This document shows, piece by piece, positions 1-13,383 of a stretch of 64,000 nt of DNA (position 1 is its first letter; every line of letters starts with the position of its first letter). The stretch is taken from the NCBI RefSeq assembly GCF_009834535.1, contig NC_045697.1, forward strand, positions 15,006,001-15,070,000, given 5' to 3'. The notes below the pieces were generated by a model, which was not told the origin of the DNA, ran no database searches, and was given only the letters and a program-made list of their open reading frames with translations. Source of the DNA: Camelus ferus (Eukaryota). Both the position numbers and the translations under genes were made by a program.

Positions 1-369
1 AAACACAGTAGACAAAACCACCACATCAATAAGCAGCAGGTGCACCGTCTTTTCTCGCCAAGATATTATGCAAGTGTTAAGCCAAGCCGATCAGCAGAGG
101 CACACATCCACTGGTTTCACTGCAGAATGTGGGAGGAGGAAGGGAGCGCTGAGCAGGCGGGTAAATTAAAACTCATCTGGCTTACAGAAGGGCCACTTAT
201 TGCCCAGAGTTGGAAGGTGCCCAGGGGCACTCAAGAGGTCTAATTGCACTGACTAAGAGAAAATCCAGAGCTTGTGAATTTTGGAATGTTTAAGGCTCAA
301 TGGGGAGTTTGCATACAAATGCAAAATGATTTAGAAAAAGGGAAGCTACCATAATAATCCTAATAACAC

Positions 370-500
370 CCATCTAGCACTGTGCTGAGGGTTTTGCTTA
401 ACACCCCATTATCACCTCAAACTTATGGAATAGTGTATGGTGCACTATTTTATTGATACAGAAACTGAATCTTAGAGATATAAAGTAACTTTCCTAAAAT
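370..500 (-). mobile_element. MIR SINE fragment (degenerate)
   Basis: ...ttttattgatacagaaactgaatcttagagatataaagtaactttcctaa resembles the MIR core. Confidence 0.55.
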
Positions 501-1589
501 ATAGGTATTTTAGATGTATAGAGACATTGATATTATAGATGTAATAAATAAGATGTAGAAAGAGAATTTTAATCTAGAACTGCCTAAATTAGTAATTACT
601 ATAACAAACTGCTATAACTCCCATCTTGATTGCTGGAAATCCTTCTATTTGAAATAGCTAGATTATTTCTAAGCACACACTCATACTCTAAAACAACTTC
701 ACCTATTGCTAAAGGAGCCAGCTAATTGTCAAATTTTCTGGCAAATGTGGGTTCTGGAAGTATGATGTGTTATATCCAGAATGAATCTCTTATTTTAGCA
801 AAATTTGATGCCTGTATTTTTCTATTTTTAGATACATCAGCAAACCTTGGTTTGTTCTGCATGAAGACTTTAAAGTAAATTCACCATGGTTTCTTTTATT
901 TACTCTGCAATGTATTCAAACTCTAGGGCAAAAAGATATTTAAAGCATGCACTCAGGACAAATTATTTTAAAACTCAGTATAGGATATCATGTAGCTAAG
1001 CCAAGAAAACCACAATAAAACAATTTTGCCAAAATGGGTCTTAACGACTTAATAAATGCATCCGAATTCATACATACACTTCATTTCTTACAACTTTCCC
1101 TTTAACTCCCATACATAATTTATACTAACAACAGTATTGAAAAATGGATGGGTGCACCGAGATTTCTCATCCTGCTGTGCCTTTGTGCACTCTTTTCTCT
1201 CCTTTCCTTTCCTTTCCTCCATTTCTTAGCTGTACTTCAAGATTCAATTTGGTCCTCTTCTCTTCAGCAAGTCTTCCCTGACCTCTCCATTGGGTTAGGT
1301 GTCCATCTCAGATGTCCCAGGAGCATCCTGGACAAGTTGTCATCATCATCACTGTTTAGCTGTGGCAATAATAGTAGGAAGTCAGCAGGAGTCCTGGTAC
1401 CAGTGGTGGTGCTGGCAGCAGCATAACAGGAATACAAACAACACCAGCAGCCGCAGTGTTTGCCATGATCTGCATGCCTCCTACGTGCCAGGGACAGGAT
1501 CGAAGCCTTTAAATGTATTAACTCTAATCCACTGAAGTCCCGTGGATAAGCATGAATTAATTATCCCCCTTTACGACTGAGGGAAACAA

Positions 1590-1910
1590 CTTCTCTTCAT
1601 TTCTCTTTATCTGTTGCTACTTCTCCCTTATTATTTCTCATTTTCTGTCTTCATGCCACCCCCTTTTCTCCCCTTACTAAGTAGCTTAGATATATATTTA
1701 CATTTATTTTTCCCAAAGAACTATGTTTTGTATTTATGTTAGGTCTTCTATTTTTCTGATTTCTAAATCATTGATTTTTGAGTTTTTTCCTATTAAATTC
1801 CATCTTTCTTTTCTTAGGTTCATTTTATTTCTTTTTTTTTTTTTAACATTTGGATCCTGGATAGATTCATTTAATTATTCACATTTTATGAATGCAAGTA
1901 TTTAAGCCTG
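1590..1910 (-). mobile_element. Ancient L1 (L1ME-like) fragment
   Basis: T-rich antisense L1-like sequence; similar sequence resumes at ~2520-2820 (agaaaatgttgtctacatt...ttcacaggcatttgaaaagaagg). Confidence 0.45.
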
Positions 1911-1959
1911 TGCTTACACTTCCCTAGTGCAATGCCTTAGTTGGGCCCCCTACTCTCTA

Positions 1960-2420
1960 AATCCATGTCTCATCAATTCTGAGACACACTTTTTAAGGTC
2001 ACTTCAACTAGTAGCACTTCTTAGAATCAAGAGACGCCTTCATCAAAGGGTGAACATACGCATCTCCTAGCACACTAAGCTCCACTTGGATCAGACTCCA
2101 GGGGATATCAGCCAGGCTGCAGCCCTGACACAGTCGTCAGTCTCAGAGGATGCAGAGCCTCGGGCAGGCTGTTCCTACTGGCACCACTCCAGCTGAGCTA
2201 CGTGCATGACTGGTGCTGAAGAGCTGAGTTTAGTTCCCGTTTTGAACACCTTCATGTTGCCAACCGAAAATATTCTATAGACACCTTCTAAGAAGATTAA
2301 GAAAACAACACTTTCAAATAAGTGTCAATGGCTTGGAAGAAAATTTCAGAGATAACAGAGGACCACTCTCTTAAGTGATGCACTTGGCGGCACAGTGGAA
2401 GAAATAAGGAATTAAAAAAA
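1960..2420 (+). mobile_element. TcMar-Tc2 (Kanga/MER104-like) DNA transposon relic
   Basis: Start catgtctcatcaattctgagacacac resembles the Tc2 terminus; gacaccttctaagaagattaagaaa...gtgtcaatggcttggaagaaaatttcagag resembles a decayed pogo/Tc2 transposase segment. Confidence 0.5.
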
Positions 2421-4539
2421 AAAAAAGAGTTACCATAGTTTATTGGCAGAAACCTTCTACTTAATGGACATAAAGTAACCCTGCAACCCACAACTGATAC
2501 CCTAGATTTTAGGAAAAATCTCATTTGGTGTCTTTCAAATTATGATTCACTAGAAATTTACAATTTTGTTTTCATTTCCATTTTGATCAATGTGAGTTTA
2601 AGAAAGGATTTTGAAGTCTCCAGGTTATACTGACTTTTGCTTTTCAGTTTTGCTTTAATTTTCAACTTTACTATATAAAGACCAGAAAATGTTGTCTACA
2701 TTATTTATATGTTTAATAATCTACCTAGGTTTTTTCTGTAGGCCTCAAAATGGTCAGTCTTATAAACGTTTCACAGGCATTTGAAAAGAAGGTGGTTCTC
2801 CTTTTCTTTAGAGAACACAGAACCCTTATATACTCGGTAGAATTTAATTTAAATGGGACTACAAATAAAATAAAATTCTGAAGTCCTAGTAGGAGTTAAA
2901 AAAATTAGAGAAAGAAGCAACAAGATTTGAAGGAGAGTGATCATCTTTAGTTATTGAAGGTGAACACTCAAACCAGGAGCCTAAGGCTGAATACGTACTT
3001 GAGAAACTGAACAAAATAGCTGGAGAATAACAGAAGATAAGACTGGATTTGCAGATGGAAACAGAAAGAAATGTCTCTTCTTTGAAGAATGAAGCCTTAA
3101 CACCCTGTCTATCCACTCTCTTCTTCTTGTGTTTACCTTACTTCAGCATTTTTAGTACTGCTTTAAACTTTTGACAATTCTGAGAATTCTGTGAATTAGC
3201 TCTACTATTTTTAACTGAATAACTTTAGATCTATTTTATATCAGTTCACTCTTTATATAGCATTGCCTTATGTAACAATATCCATGAACTAATGGAATGA
3301 TACCATCCATGTATTGTATTAAATACGACCGTTAAGAAAGCTTGTCTTTGAATCTTCTAGAATAATTTCCCTTATCCTTTGTACAAAAGACTTTGATAAA
3401 CACTGCATAATCAGTAAGTATTTTACATTTAGTCTGGCACCTGTGGTAGAGCTGGCATTGCCCTCAAGCTAACTGCAGGGAGGTAAGTCATGGAGGTGAT
3501 CGTTTGCCAGCCATGGGGCTTGAATTAGGAGTCACCTGAACAAGTAGATGAGAGGTTACAGATTTAATGTTTATTGAATTAAGAGTCAGAGATCGCTTGG
3601 AATTCTTGAGATAGGAAAGTTAAGGGCAAAAATCACTTACTGTGTTTTGAACTAAACTCAATAATTTCTACATTAGAGGTCAGATTTTCAAGAACCTAAG
3701 AAGGAAAATATATCTCCCTATGCTTTCTTATACCCAAAAAACAATCTGGTTATTGAAAGACAATAATGTCCAATGCCTTGCTTTCTTTTTTCTTTCCTTT
3801 TTTCCCTGCAGCTTAACTTCTAAGCAGTTATTCAGGCATAACATACATTAAGTTTTCTATTATGTACACAATTTAATTGCCATTTCCAAAAGGGACTACA
3901 TTCAAACAGTCCCTAGAGTCATTGTCCTATACTGATACCTATTGTCAAATATTTAAAGCACATTTTATATTACAATCTTCATGTCATAGTTTATAGCAAG
4001 CCAAATTTATTTCATTAATCAATCATAGAATAGGTATACGTGGCTTTGATAGTATGAAATATATCACAAATTATATAATTTTTTAAAAATGCTAGTTTCT
4101 ATTTATTGAACACTTAGTCTGTGCCAGGAAAAATGGAAAATGAATGTAAATATTGTTAGTTTGTCAGTGAAAATATTAAAACTTAAATAGGTTAATTGAT
4201 ATTTTCAGTTAATATATTCATACAAGTAGTATACAGCAGAACTGGGGTTGCAAATCGAGACTGTCAGGCTGTAAAGCCCATGCGGCTCCTAGACCTCAAG
4301 AGGAAATATGATAGACCTCAAACTAAATTCTTGTTTTTAAATGTTTAAATAAGTGCCACAAAAGAATTTCTTGGGCTGTTGCCCACTTTGTATGTTAGTA
4401 GTGAAGATTAAATGACATAATGAGAGTGAACGTGTCGATGAGCCCCACCTACTTGGAATGTGTAGGTTTCATGTACTTGAGTTCCCTTCCTTCCTCAGAA
4501 TGAGCAGATGACCCTGGCAAGCTCTGCACCAGGCCTGTC

Positions 4540-4885
4540 TTTTCTTCCTTCTGTGCATGGAGCTAGCGTACATTTACCAGACTTCTAGAAGTGGCCACAT
4601 TACTGAATTCTGGCCAAGGGAATGTGAGTGGATATGACGTATGCCACTTTCAGAAAGGCTCATAAAAATCTAGAAGTGATCTTCCAATGCAGGTGAACTC
4701 CAGAATGGCCTTGGCCATCATTTTTTGAAGATGATGAAGCCACAAGAGAGAAGGAGCTGGGATCCCTGGGCCACTGCTTGGAGGAGAGCATTTTAATTAG
4801 GTATATCTTTGGTCTATAGATAAGCAAGAGAATAAACTTCTACTTGGTTAAATCACTGAAATTTTTGCGTTTATCGTTCACAGGG
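4540..4885 (+). mobile_element. MLT1 (ERVL-MaLR, old MLT1I/J-like) solo LTR
   Basis: gaattctggccaagggaatgtgagtgga, gaagatgatgaagccacaag, aataaacttctacttggttaaatcactgaa. Confidence 0.75.
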
Positions 4886-6904
4886 ACTGGCCAATTTTCT
4901 TAGGCTATGGATGTCTCCTGACTGAAAATAATCCAAAATCCTTGAAAAATTTTGAATACCAAAGTAGAAACTGCATGGACACGGACTAAAAATCAAAGTC
5001 CTAAAATTGCTTAATGCACTCAGAATTATTTCAAATTCTGCCCAAAGTTGTTTCTGGAAATATATCTCAGAGATGAATTATAAGTCTCTGATTAGTAATT
5101 TATCAAAATTAAAAAATTTTTAGAACACTTCAAAGTTTTTATTTAATTTTGATTATTCATTTTATCGAATTACTACTTTCTTTAATAATGCGTTTTTCTC
5201 TAACCTTTGAATTAATAACACTTGAAGTGCTATGATTATAATTATCTTACATTAATATGCTAATTTCTTCAGAGATTATACTCAATTGAAACACTTAAAA
5301 TCTTAACCACTGCAGATTTAATTAGGTTAATTAAAATACTATTGTATTTTATTTTTAGTTTACGATTGCCCCATTATCATTTAATGATTTTGATAATAGC
5401 AATAGAATTTAGAATTTATCGAGCATACTTTTTTTCTAAAACATTAGTTTTATGGCTAACTTCAATAAAAAATCAGCTGCATACCTACTGTGGTTTTGCC
5501 TATTTTTTCTTTGGTTTAATAAATTCCACCCTAAAACTCATGCCAACTTATCCGTCTAGTCGTAACCTGCGTTACAAACTAACACAACCCCATTAGCTAA
5601 AAGATGTTTCCTTGTGCCTTGAATATGCTTCTCTGGATGCTACCATGGGACTTCAGTCCAAGCAGTTTACCATGTCTGGAAAACCCCTGACTCCAAGAAG
5701 GAGAGCCACAGGAATCTCTTTAAATGTCAATTCATAAAGAATGCGTAGATTTTAAGAGCTTTAATGATCTGGGGTCATGCAATTTTATATGTATATATGA
5801 CAGAGGGAGAGAGTCAAAGAGGAAAGAAAGAAAAAGAAAAAAGGAAGAGACAGAAAGTAAGAGAGCAAATGAAAGTCTTTAAATATGGCAAATTCTTCAA
5901 CACACCATTCTACTCATTAAGTGAATGACCACGAGTAAATAAATGAGAGAGAGGGAGGTGACTCTGTGGCTTGCCCGTGTCATCTCAACTTCTGTGACCT
6001 CACAGATGTGCGCATCTTCCAGTCCAGAGTATGATTCCAGTCTTTAATGTTGTGTATTTTTCCTACCTCTTGGCAACCAAGGACAAGCCAATGACTTCAC
6101 CTTTTAGTCAACCAAAGAAACAGGGATCTTTTTCTAGCACGGAGGTGATACATCCCACACTGGCCTAATTCAGAGGCATTTCTCTGTCTGTAATGTTGCA
6201 CCTTCTTGAAGTATGTTTACCTTGCACATTGACTTGAGGATATCACTGTTTTGCATATTGCAGGTGCTCAATAAATATCCATAGAATGACTTACTGAGTC
6301 AATAAATAAATGCTACTACTCACGAACGTTTGTTTCTGCATATAGAAGCCTACGGTTTTATGTTTCTTCCTTCTCCAACTTAAAAAGTTCTACATCAGAG
6401 ATTCTAAAGGATCAACTGATTTAAGGCTGTTTCATGTAAAATATCTTTTATGAGGTGGAAACTCAAGAAGCATGGAAATCCAGCGCTCTGCTTCGCTGCT
6501 TATGACAGCTTCCCTAGGCACACCATCAGCCATGGTCACAGCAGCACTATGCCAGAACACAGGGGCTTAGATTTTCTGGGAATGCAGAAAAACAGACTTA
6601 AAGCCACAGTGCTGTCTGAACACAGCAGAAGTACAAGATGAGCCTGTGAGTGTGTCCAAAAGGAAGAAGACTACTTGGGAGGAAAGTTGACACATTAAAT
6701 TGATTTCATCCCGGAAGAATATATGAAGAATATCATTTGCATTCTTCTGCGTGCCTTGCTCCCATTCAGAGTCCTTTGTGCCATGTTAAATATTGATTTC
6801 ATCTTATTTATTCATATCTTACTTGCTATGCAGCCTATTAATTTGTTTTAATTGACTTACATATATTCCTTCATGTACTTGTTTATCCTCCCATGGATTT
6901 CTAT

Positions 6905-6968
6905 TTCTTAATTAAAGGACAGTCGATTTACAATGTTGTATTAATTTCTGGTGTACAGCATAGTGATT

Positions 6969-7013
<45 letters not shown>

Positions 7014-7130
7014 CTTTTCATATTCTTTTTTATTATAGGCCATTACAAGGTATTGAATATAGTTCCCTGTGCTAGACAGTAGGACCTTGCTGTTTATCTA
7101 TTCTATATATAGTAGTTAGTATCTACATAT
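6905..7130 (-). mobile_element. Young cetartiodactyl/camelid L1 3'-UTR stub with internal (TA)n
   Basis: gatttacaatgttgtattaatttctggtgtacagc...attgaatatagttccctgtgct; (TA)n at ~6972-7010; flanking tcccatgga repeat may be a TSD. Confidence 0.9.
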
Positions 7131-8989
7131 CCTGAATTCCCATGGAATATTTGTTATCATAATTCCAAGCTCAGAATTTTGCATGCAGTTACCCACTAGA
7201 ATCAACTACACTCAACCACCTTGCTTTTCACTGCTGAAGGCCCTCAAACTATACCGCAGGCAAACTCTACTGGTACTTACTATGTTCTCAAAGTCAATGG
7301 ATAATTCAATACACGTTGAATACAATGCCATTCTGGTTATTATTCTCCATAAACTGCCTTTCAGCCTAGAGATAAAAACTTAATTTGACTAAATGTTTCC
7401 ATCTATCCTGACTCATGTAGCAGAACCAGAATATATAGCCCCAGGAAAATTACTTTTGAAAAATAATTTTTTTAGTTAACTTGGACACAATACAATAACC
7501 CTTGTAGTTTTTGATACAGGAACTCTTAGATAGGCTGAGAATCATTATGTTTTACAATAAGAACTATCAACTGACCCCTAAATACAACTAAATATATCGT
7601 TTCCAATTATAATAATAAGCACCCAGATATATGCTGTAATAAAATATTTTTATTGGTGTGATAGAGTAGTAATATCTTTTTTACCACTGAATTTTTTCTA
7701 GGTAACTTAAAAAGTGCAGGAGTTTTCAATATATGAGTTCACAATGTTTGGAAACAAAAGAGAATAAATCTTTATTGAGCCTTGACCTTGAGCCAGGAAC
7801 TCTTTTTGGTCTTATTTATCTCACTTAACACCCACAGTACTGCCTTTAAGTATTATTGCCCTATGTTGCACAGAAAGACACCTCAGCTCAGAAAATTTAA
7901 ACACCACATCCAAGGTTATACTCTTAAAAGGCAACAAAAACTACATTTAACTCTAGAAGTCTTGTTTTAAAACCAGCCTTTTTTTGTATCAGAAAGTTCT
8001 GTTTAAGATATTTTTTAAAGTAGTTCTCTATGAAATGAAGAATTATGTCTTGATGGGATTGTTTAATATTAGCTAGAAATTATTTTTAAAAGATAAGCTA
8101 ATACATATTACTGAATAAAAACTATCTTTACCCTAGGGTGGCGTGGAACAGACACTCCTCTACGGAATTATGTAAAATGCCTCATGCAAAGTAAACAAAT
8201 GTTTACAAGCGCTCATTTTCAGCAGTTCCCCACACTTGTCCTCTTGCAGTTGTCGAGAACACATTTAAAGAATATCACTCCATAAAGGATGGTGAGCTCC
8301 CAACCTGCCTTTCTTTCCTCTAGAAAATCAACTTGGCCATTGTGTCAGCAAGTACTTTACACACTGTCAGGAGGAGCCATTAAAGATATGGTACAGAAAT
8401 TGGATTTCCTTTCCTGAGAATCACAGTGAAGACAGAGAGAGAGAAAAGGCAAGCGGGTAACATCTGTTCTTTTATAAGGATGTGTCACCCCTTCTGAGGG
8501 CAAATGACCAAGTTCAATGAATGTGCGAAGAGTTTATCCACGAGAACTGACACTCAACTGGAGCTCAATTTAGAAATCCTAGTGCACGTTCAATTTATTT
8601 TATTTTCTGTGCTTCACTTTGTGATCCTGAATGATGACATTAAGAACAGACCTGCAGAGAAAATGATACCTGTTTCTGAAATGTTTACATGAAACATCAT
8701 TATCTCCCTAACAAATAAAAACAAGCACCTTGGTACAAGAACGGCATAATAAAAGACCTGAAGGAAGTTTATTTTGTGATTTTTCAAGGGAACTGACGAC
8801 TTGACTCATTCACAATTCTAGATTCAAAATATCTTTCTTGTTAGAAAAAGTCCATGGTCCCTTTCCCTGAGAAATCTGGGAGAGATGACAGACATTTCTT
8901 CAGATGTATGTTACTGATCCGTGACAAAATGTACTGAGCTATGCACAATAAAAGACACAATATTTTTGAGGGGAAAGGATATAGGAACA

Positions 8990-9230
8990 GAATGTATGAG
9001 AACTTGGGCCTAGTCATGTAAATTTACGTTCAAATTCTGGCTTTGCCAAATATAAACTATATGAACTTAAGAAAAGTATTTCCAAAGCCTCAGCTCTTAC
9101 ACTTATAAAACAGGGATAAGAAATAACACTTATTACATACACAACTGTTTAGGGGCTTAAATGATAGAAATGATAGAATGCAGTTAAAGCTAAGTTTTTC
9201 ATAGGGCATTCAGCAAGAAATTATTCAATT
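8990..9230 (+). mobile_element. MIR SINE
   Basis: gttcaaattctggctttgcca...gcctcagctcttacacttataaaacagggataag...cttaaatgatag. Confidence 0.7.
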
Positions 9231-9388
9231 AATGTTGACTTTCATCATTATTTGGTTGGTTCAGACCCTCCTCATCTCTCTTGGATCTGAACATCCTTCA
9301 ATCTGAACATCTTAAACACTTGAGATCAAAATTTTGTGATCATGTCATTCTGTTTATTCACATCTCAGGATTACCCACTATTTACACA

Positions 9389-9686
9389 TAGTGTTTTTCA
9401 AGCTTTAGGCCCTGATCCACTAATGGGTCATGAAATTAATTTAATGATGAGTCAGGATGAGACTTAAAAATAAAAGAAGAAAGAATAGAATGGAAGGGAA
9501 CGGAACAGACCAGATAACAGCAGAGCGCATCACATATGGTAAAGATAAAGGTTATTTTCGAAACCTCTCATTACAGTTAGTGTGTACTTGTGTGTGTCTA
9601 CCCGTGTCTGTGTGTGCATTTGTACACTGGATTATAATGTGAAATTTATTACTAGGTGAGAATCAAAAATGTCTAGAGAAGCACTG
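9389..9686. mobile_element. hAT-Charlie-type non-autonomous DNA transposon
   Basis: tagtgtttttcaa...ccactaatgggtcatgaaattaattt...gagaagcactg with degenerate cagtg/cactg termini. Confidence 0.65.
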
Positions 9687-10729
9687 GACAGGATGACACC
9701 CAAACCTCAGAGCTCTAGGGCCCATGTGGCCACTAGACTTGGTGACTCTGTTTAGGACTCAGTGACCAGAAAGAAAACCACGTATTTTGCCTCATTTTCA
9801 CTTTTGAAATGAGGTAAATAGTTTAATATGGTGGGAACTGGAGTGTAATAAGACTCAGGACTGCATAAGTTGGTGATTTTGTTACCTAAATTTACTAATT
9901 CACTAGTGGAAATGTATATAATTTAGACTTTAAAAGGTAATGGTACATCCATTTAAATGAGGAGTGCTCCATCCTCACAGAAAGAGGAATTTCATTTATC
10001 ATTGCTGAATATATTATGCACCAAGAACAGCACAAAAATACGAGTTTGAAAATTTCTGTTGCCAGGAATTTTTGTATAAATATTAGGATAATGATTTTCC
10101 GTTTGCTGGATGAAAATATTTCTCCACAGAGATACATTTTCAAAGGAAAACATTTCCAACACAAATCCATGTCTCCATTTTGTAAATAATCTATGAATAC
10201 AAGATGCAAAGAATGCAAATAGGGCACCTGGTATAAAAATATAACACTCCTGAGAGAGCTGCAAAGTTTCCACTTTACATTTAGAGAGTCATTCAACCAT
10301 GATGAGTGTGGTCTTTGGGGAAGGAGGAGAAGAAAGAGGATCAGTTACGTTAAAAGGGATGTAAATATCCCTCCCCAGATCACGGTGTTCTTGGTTTCAG
10401 AGAACCTCATTGTCCTTCCTTCTCTGTCATTTCAGAGAAACCAGGGTACCCTTGAGAATTTCTCACAAAATACTAGGAATTGTCCTAAATCGGGCACTTA
10501 ACTAGAAATCTGTAACTCCCTAATTCCACCCAGTGAGAGAGAATTCGTCCACAAAATCAGACACGTGCACACACCTGTGGCGTTTTCTTTTCTCCTTTGA
10601 AGATATTTCCCTTTGAAGAAAAGCTGCCCTCAGAATAACCAAGAGTGAATTCTAAGGCATCTCCATCATCTTTAAAAACTGAGTTTACAAATCAAACACT
10701 GTGAACAATTTATAAGCACATTCATTAAA

Positions 10730-10995
10730 GATAGTACTGCAGAATTAGGAGCCACGGATTTTAGAATGTGATAAACCTGAAGTTTGAAAGTCTGAGTTCA
10801 AATGCCAACACAATTATTTTCTAGCTTTGAGATTTTGGAAAATTAGGCTTTCTGTGCGTCAGGATCCTCATGCGTAAAATAAGGACAACAATATCTACTT
10901 AACAGGTAGAAGAGATGCCATAAATAAGGCAGCACATATAAAACAGTTATGCCAGGACCTGGCATAGAATAACTACCCAATAACCAGTAGCTGTT
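10730..10995 (+). mobile_element. MIR SINE
   Basis: ctgagttcaaatgccaac...tctgtgcgtcaggatcctcatgcgtaaaataagg...ggacctggcatagaataactacccaataa. Confidence 0.7.
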
Positions 10996-11242
10996 AAGGG
11001 TGAAAACAGTCATAAACTTAGGGACTAGCTACTTGGTACAACGCTAGGAATATATGCATAGCCTTCCGTAAAATAAATTATATTAAAGAAACCATTTTAA
11101 CATCAGCATTTAAAATTATGATGTATTATTTTAATGCAATTTTAACATGAACTTATACATAAAAGACAAATGTTCACAGCTGAAATAATGAACAAAGCCC
11201 ATTATAAAAAATGCTTTTTTTCCCCCCTCATTTCCCCCCCCA

Positions 11243-11552
11243 TATTCAATGGTAAACATTCAATTAAGTCATAATCATGATCCATTGCAGCCTTTCAAAC
11301 TGACATTCATAAGCAATATTTCTTTCTTATGTGTCTGTGTTCCATTATCTCAAAGTTTTGCTTTCCCTCCAGCACCTTCATTTCATAAAAATAATAGTCA
11401 ATAAATTAAGCTTCTTGGAAGTTCCTTTTATAATTTCTGGAATAATGGGCTTTATACACTAGTACTTTTATTACATGTTCAAGCACCATTGTTTTTATGA
11501 GAAAGGCTTCCTATAATATATGTGTACTGATGAGTTTTCAAGTATATTTTCC
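11243..11552. repeat. Left arm of perfect 310-bp inverted repeat
   Basis: tattcaatggtaaac...agtatattttcc is the exact reverse complement of 13384-13693, checked base by base with no mismatch; identity breaks at 11242/13694 and 11553/13383. Confidence 0.98.
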
Positions 11553-11689
11553 GAACTTTTGATTTTGATTTTACGAACTTAAGAAAGACAGAGATTGTGC
11601 TATCATGACACTGAAGAGTTCCTTAAGTTCTTCACAGTAAGATGATTTTTGTGGAGTTAAATTTCTATTCTTTTTCTGCATTTGTCCAT

Positions 11690-11790
11690 TTATAAACCCA
11701 AAATATATCTCACTCGTCCTCATATCACCGGGGTCTCCACGATGCCTGGTAGACACCCGGCCAGTCACTGGACTTATCATAAATGATACT
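11690..11790 (+). mobile_element. Degenerate L2 3'-end fragment in the inverted-repeat spacer
   Basis: atatctcactcgtcctcatatcaccggggtctccacgatgcctggtagac resembles the L2 terminus (tgtcttgttcatctctgtatccccagggcctagcacagtgcctggcac). Confidence 0.45.
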
Positions 11791-12279
11791 GACATACGAT
11801 TTATACAAACAATTAAACAGGGGTTTACTGCCGAGCAAGCTACATACCCCTTGGTTAGCCGGCGGCTGGAGGATAATTCATTACTCTCACTTTTCATTTT
11901 CTTTTCCCCCACTACCACTTAGACTTTAGTGAGAATAAGGTTAAATGAGTATACTCCTCCTCTTAGGATAGTTAGATGTTACACCTAAAAAGTGTGTTTA
12001 CCTTTAAAAAATAAAATCTGTTTTCAAACATGTAATTGGTTTGTAAATGTTTGTTTAGTTTATAGAGGGCTACTCACATCAACTTGAAGTATACCGTGCA
12101 TTCGCTCCAAGTTACTGTGGTCATGAAGAACACACATGCCATAACAGAATCTGCTTTCAAGAAACTTAAAATCCAAATCAATATACCCACATAAGAGATG
12201 TAATCAAATAACAAGGCAGAACATGATTAAATGACAATTTGCATAATTTAGACAGTAAATGGCCTGAATTAACAATAAA

Positions 12280-12470
12280 TACCATTTATTGAGCACCTAC
12301 AATTATTACTGATCCTCAAAAATAACCAATTAGCTGACCTCCTGCCCAATTCAGACAGAACAAGGCTTAGGTTCAGAGACCACCTTGTTCCAGGTCACAC
12401 AGCTAGTAGGGGCAGATCCTAGATTCCATCCAAGGTCTGTCAGCCTTCAAAGTTTTGTTTCTTTCCACTA
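12280..12470 (-). mobile_element. MIR SINE in the inverted-repeat spacer
   Basis: accatttattgagcacctac...ggttcagagac...ccaggtcacacagctagtagggg. Confidence 0.7.
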
Positions 12471-12510
12471 CACTTTGCTGCAGGGATAACAAATTGGAAG
12501 GAACAAAACT

Positions 12511-12601
12511 GCAAAAAAGAAAAGAAAGGGAAAAAGGAAAGAAAGAAAGCAAAGGAAAGGAAGAGGGAAAGAAGGAGGGAGGGAGTGAGGAAGGGAGGAA
12601 G
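12511..12601. repeat. Polypurine (GA-rich) low-complexity tract
   Basis: About 90 nt almost entirely A/G. Confidence 0.85.
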
Positions 12602-12899
12602 ACTGCTAGTGATGAGACAGTGAGGTAGGAATTTGAAGGAAAGATGAAATGATGTATTGAATGCGTTGGAACTTCGGTAGAAAGCAAGCTGCATCACCTC
12701 CCCCAAGCAAGACTGACCGTTTCCCATGATCGACTGAGTTTCATTTTATTTCATCTTTAAGAAGAAAACAAACCAGGCTGGAGAAGGCAAGTGGCTCAAG
12801 GGTCGAAACAGCTCTTGCACAAAAGCTTCACATACTGAATCCTTACACTTGGCACAGGACTCAGCAAACCCAGGTGCTTCATGAATATTCCTGGAGTAC

Positions 12900-13100
12900 A
12901 CAACATAATAGCAAATGTGCACTGAGTGCCTACCACGTGCCAGGCCCTGCTCAAGTATTCCACATGTATCAACTGGCAAATTTCTCATGACAACGCTGCA
13001 AGGCAGTTGCTAGTCTCACCTCCATTCTCCACGAGGGGTGAGGAAGCCGACACTCACAGAAGGCACGCTACATGCTCACCTCCAAGTCAGTGGAGCAGAT
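12900..13100 (-). mobile_element. MIR SINE in the inverted-repeat spacer
   Basis: actgagtgcctaccacgtgccaggccctgctcaagt...ccattctccacgaggggtgaggaagccgacactcacag. Confidence 0.75.
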
Positions 13101-13383
13101 CTTACCCACTGGGCTTCACTGAATGAATGGAATCATCAGGGCTTTCTTAGCTGATTCCAATTACGTATAAAAGAAAATTTTACCTTAAAAGTTTATTATC
13201 AAGTCATAAATTGCTTTCATAAAGTAAAACAAACAGCACTTACACAACTGAAATGAAGTACAAACAACTGAAAGGAACCGCACTGTATTTCACTGTATCA
13301 TAAGGAAGAACTGTTGATTCTGGCAGGTGTGATGCTTCCTCTTTGCTCTTTAAACACCACGCTGGTAGGTTGTCAGGAAAAGT

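Noticed and set aside
9281..9315. Short direct repeat atctgaacatc x2; similar micro-duplications at ~26110 and ~50920
   Set aside because: Common slippage-type micro-duplications
9895..10296. Longest ORF in the track (133 aa)
   Set aside because: TTG start, composition typical of AT-rich non-coding DNA, no homology recognised
11571..11918. 115-aa minus-strand ORF inside the inverted-repeat spacer as cargo gene
   Set aside because: Non-ATG start, overlaps a degenerate L2 end, no recognisable domain
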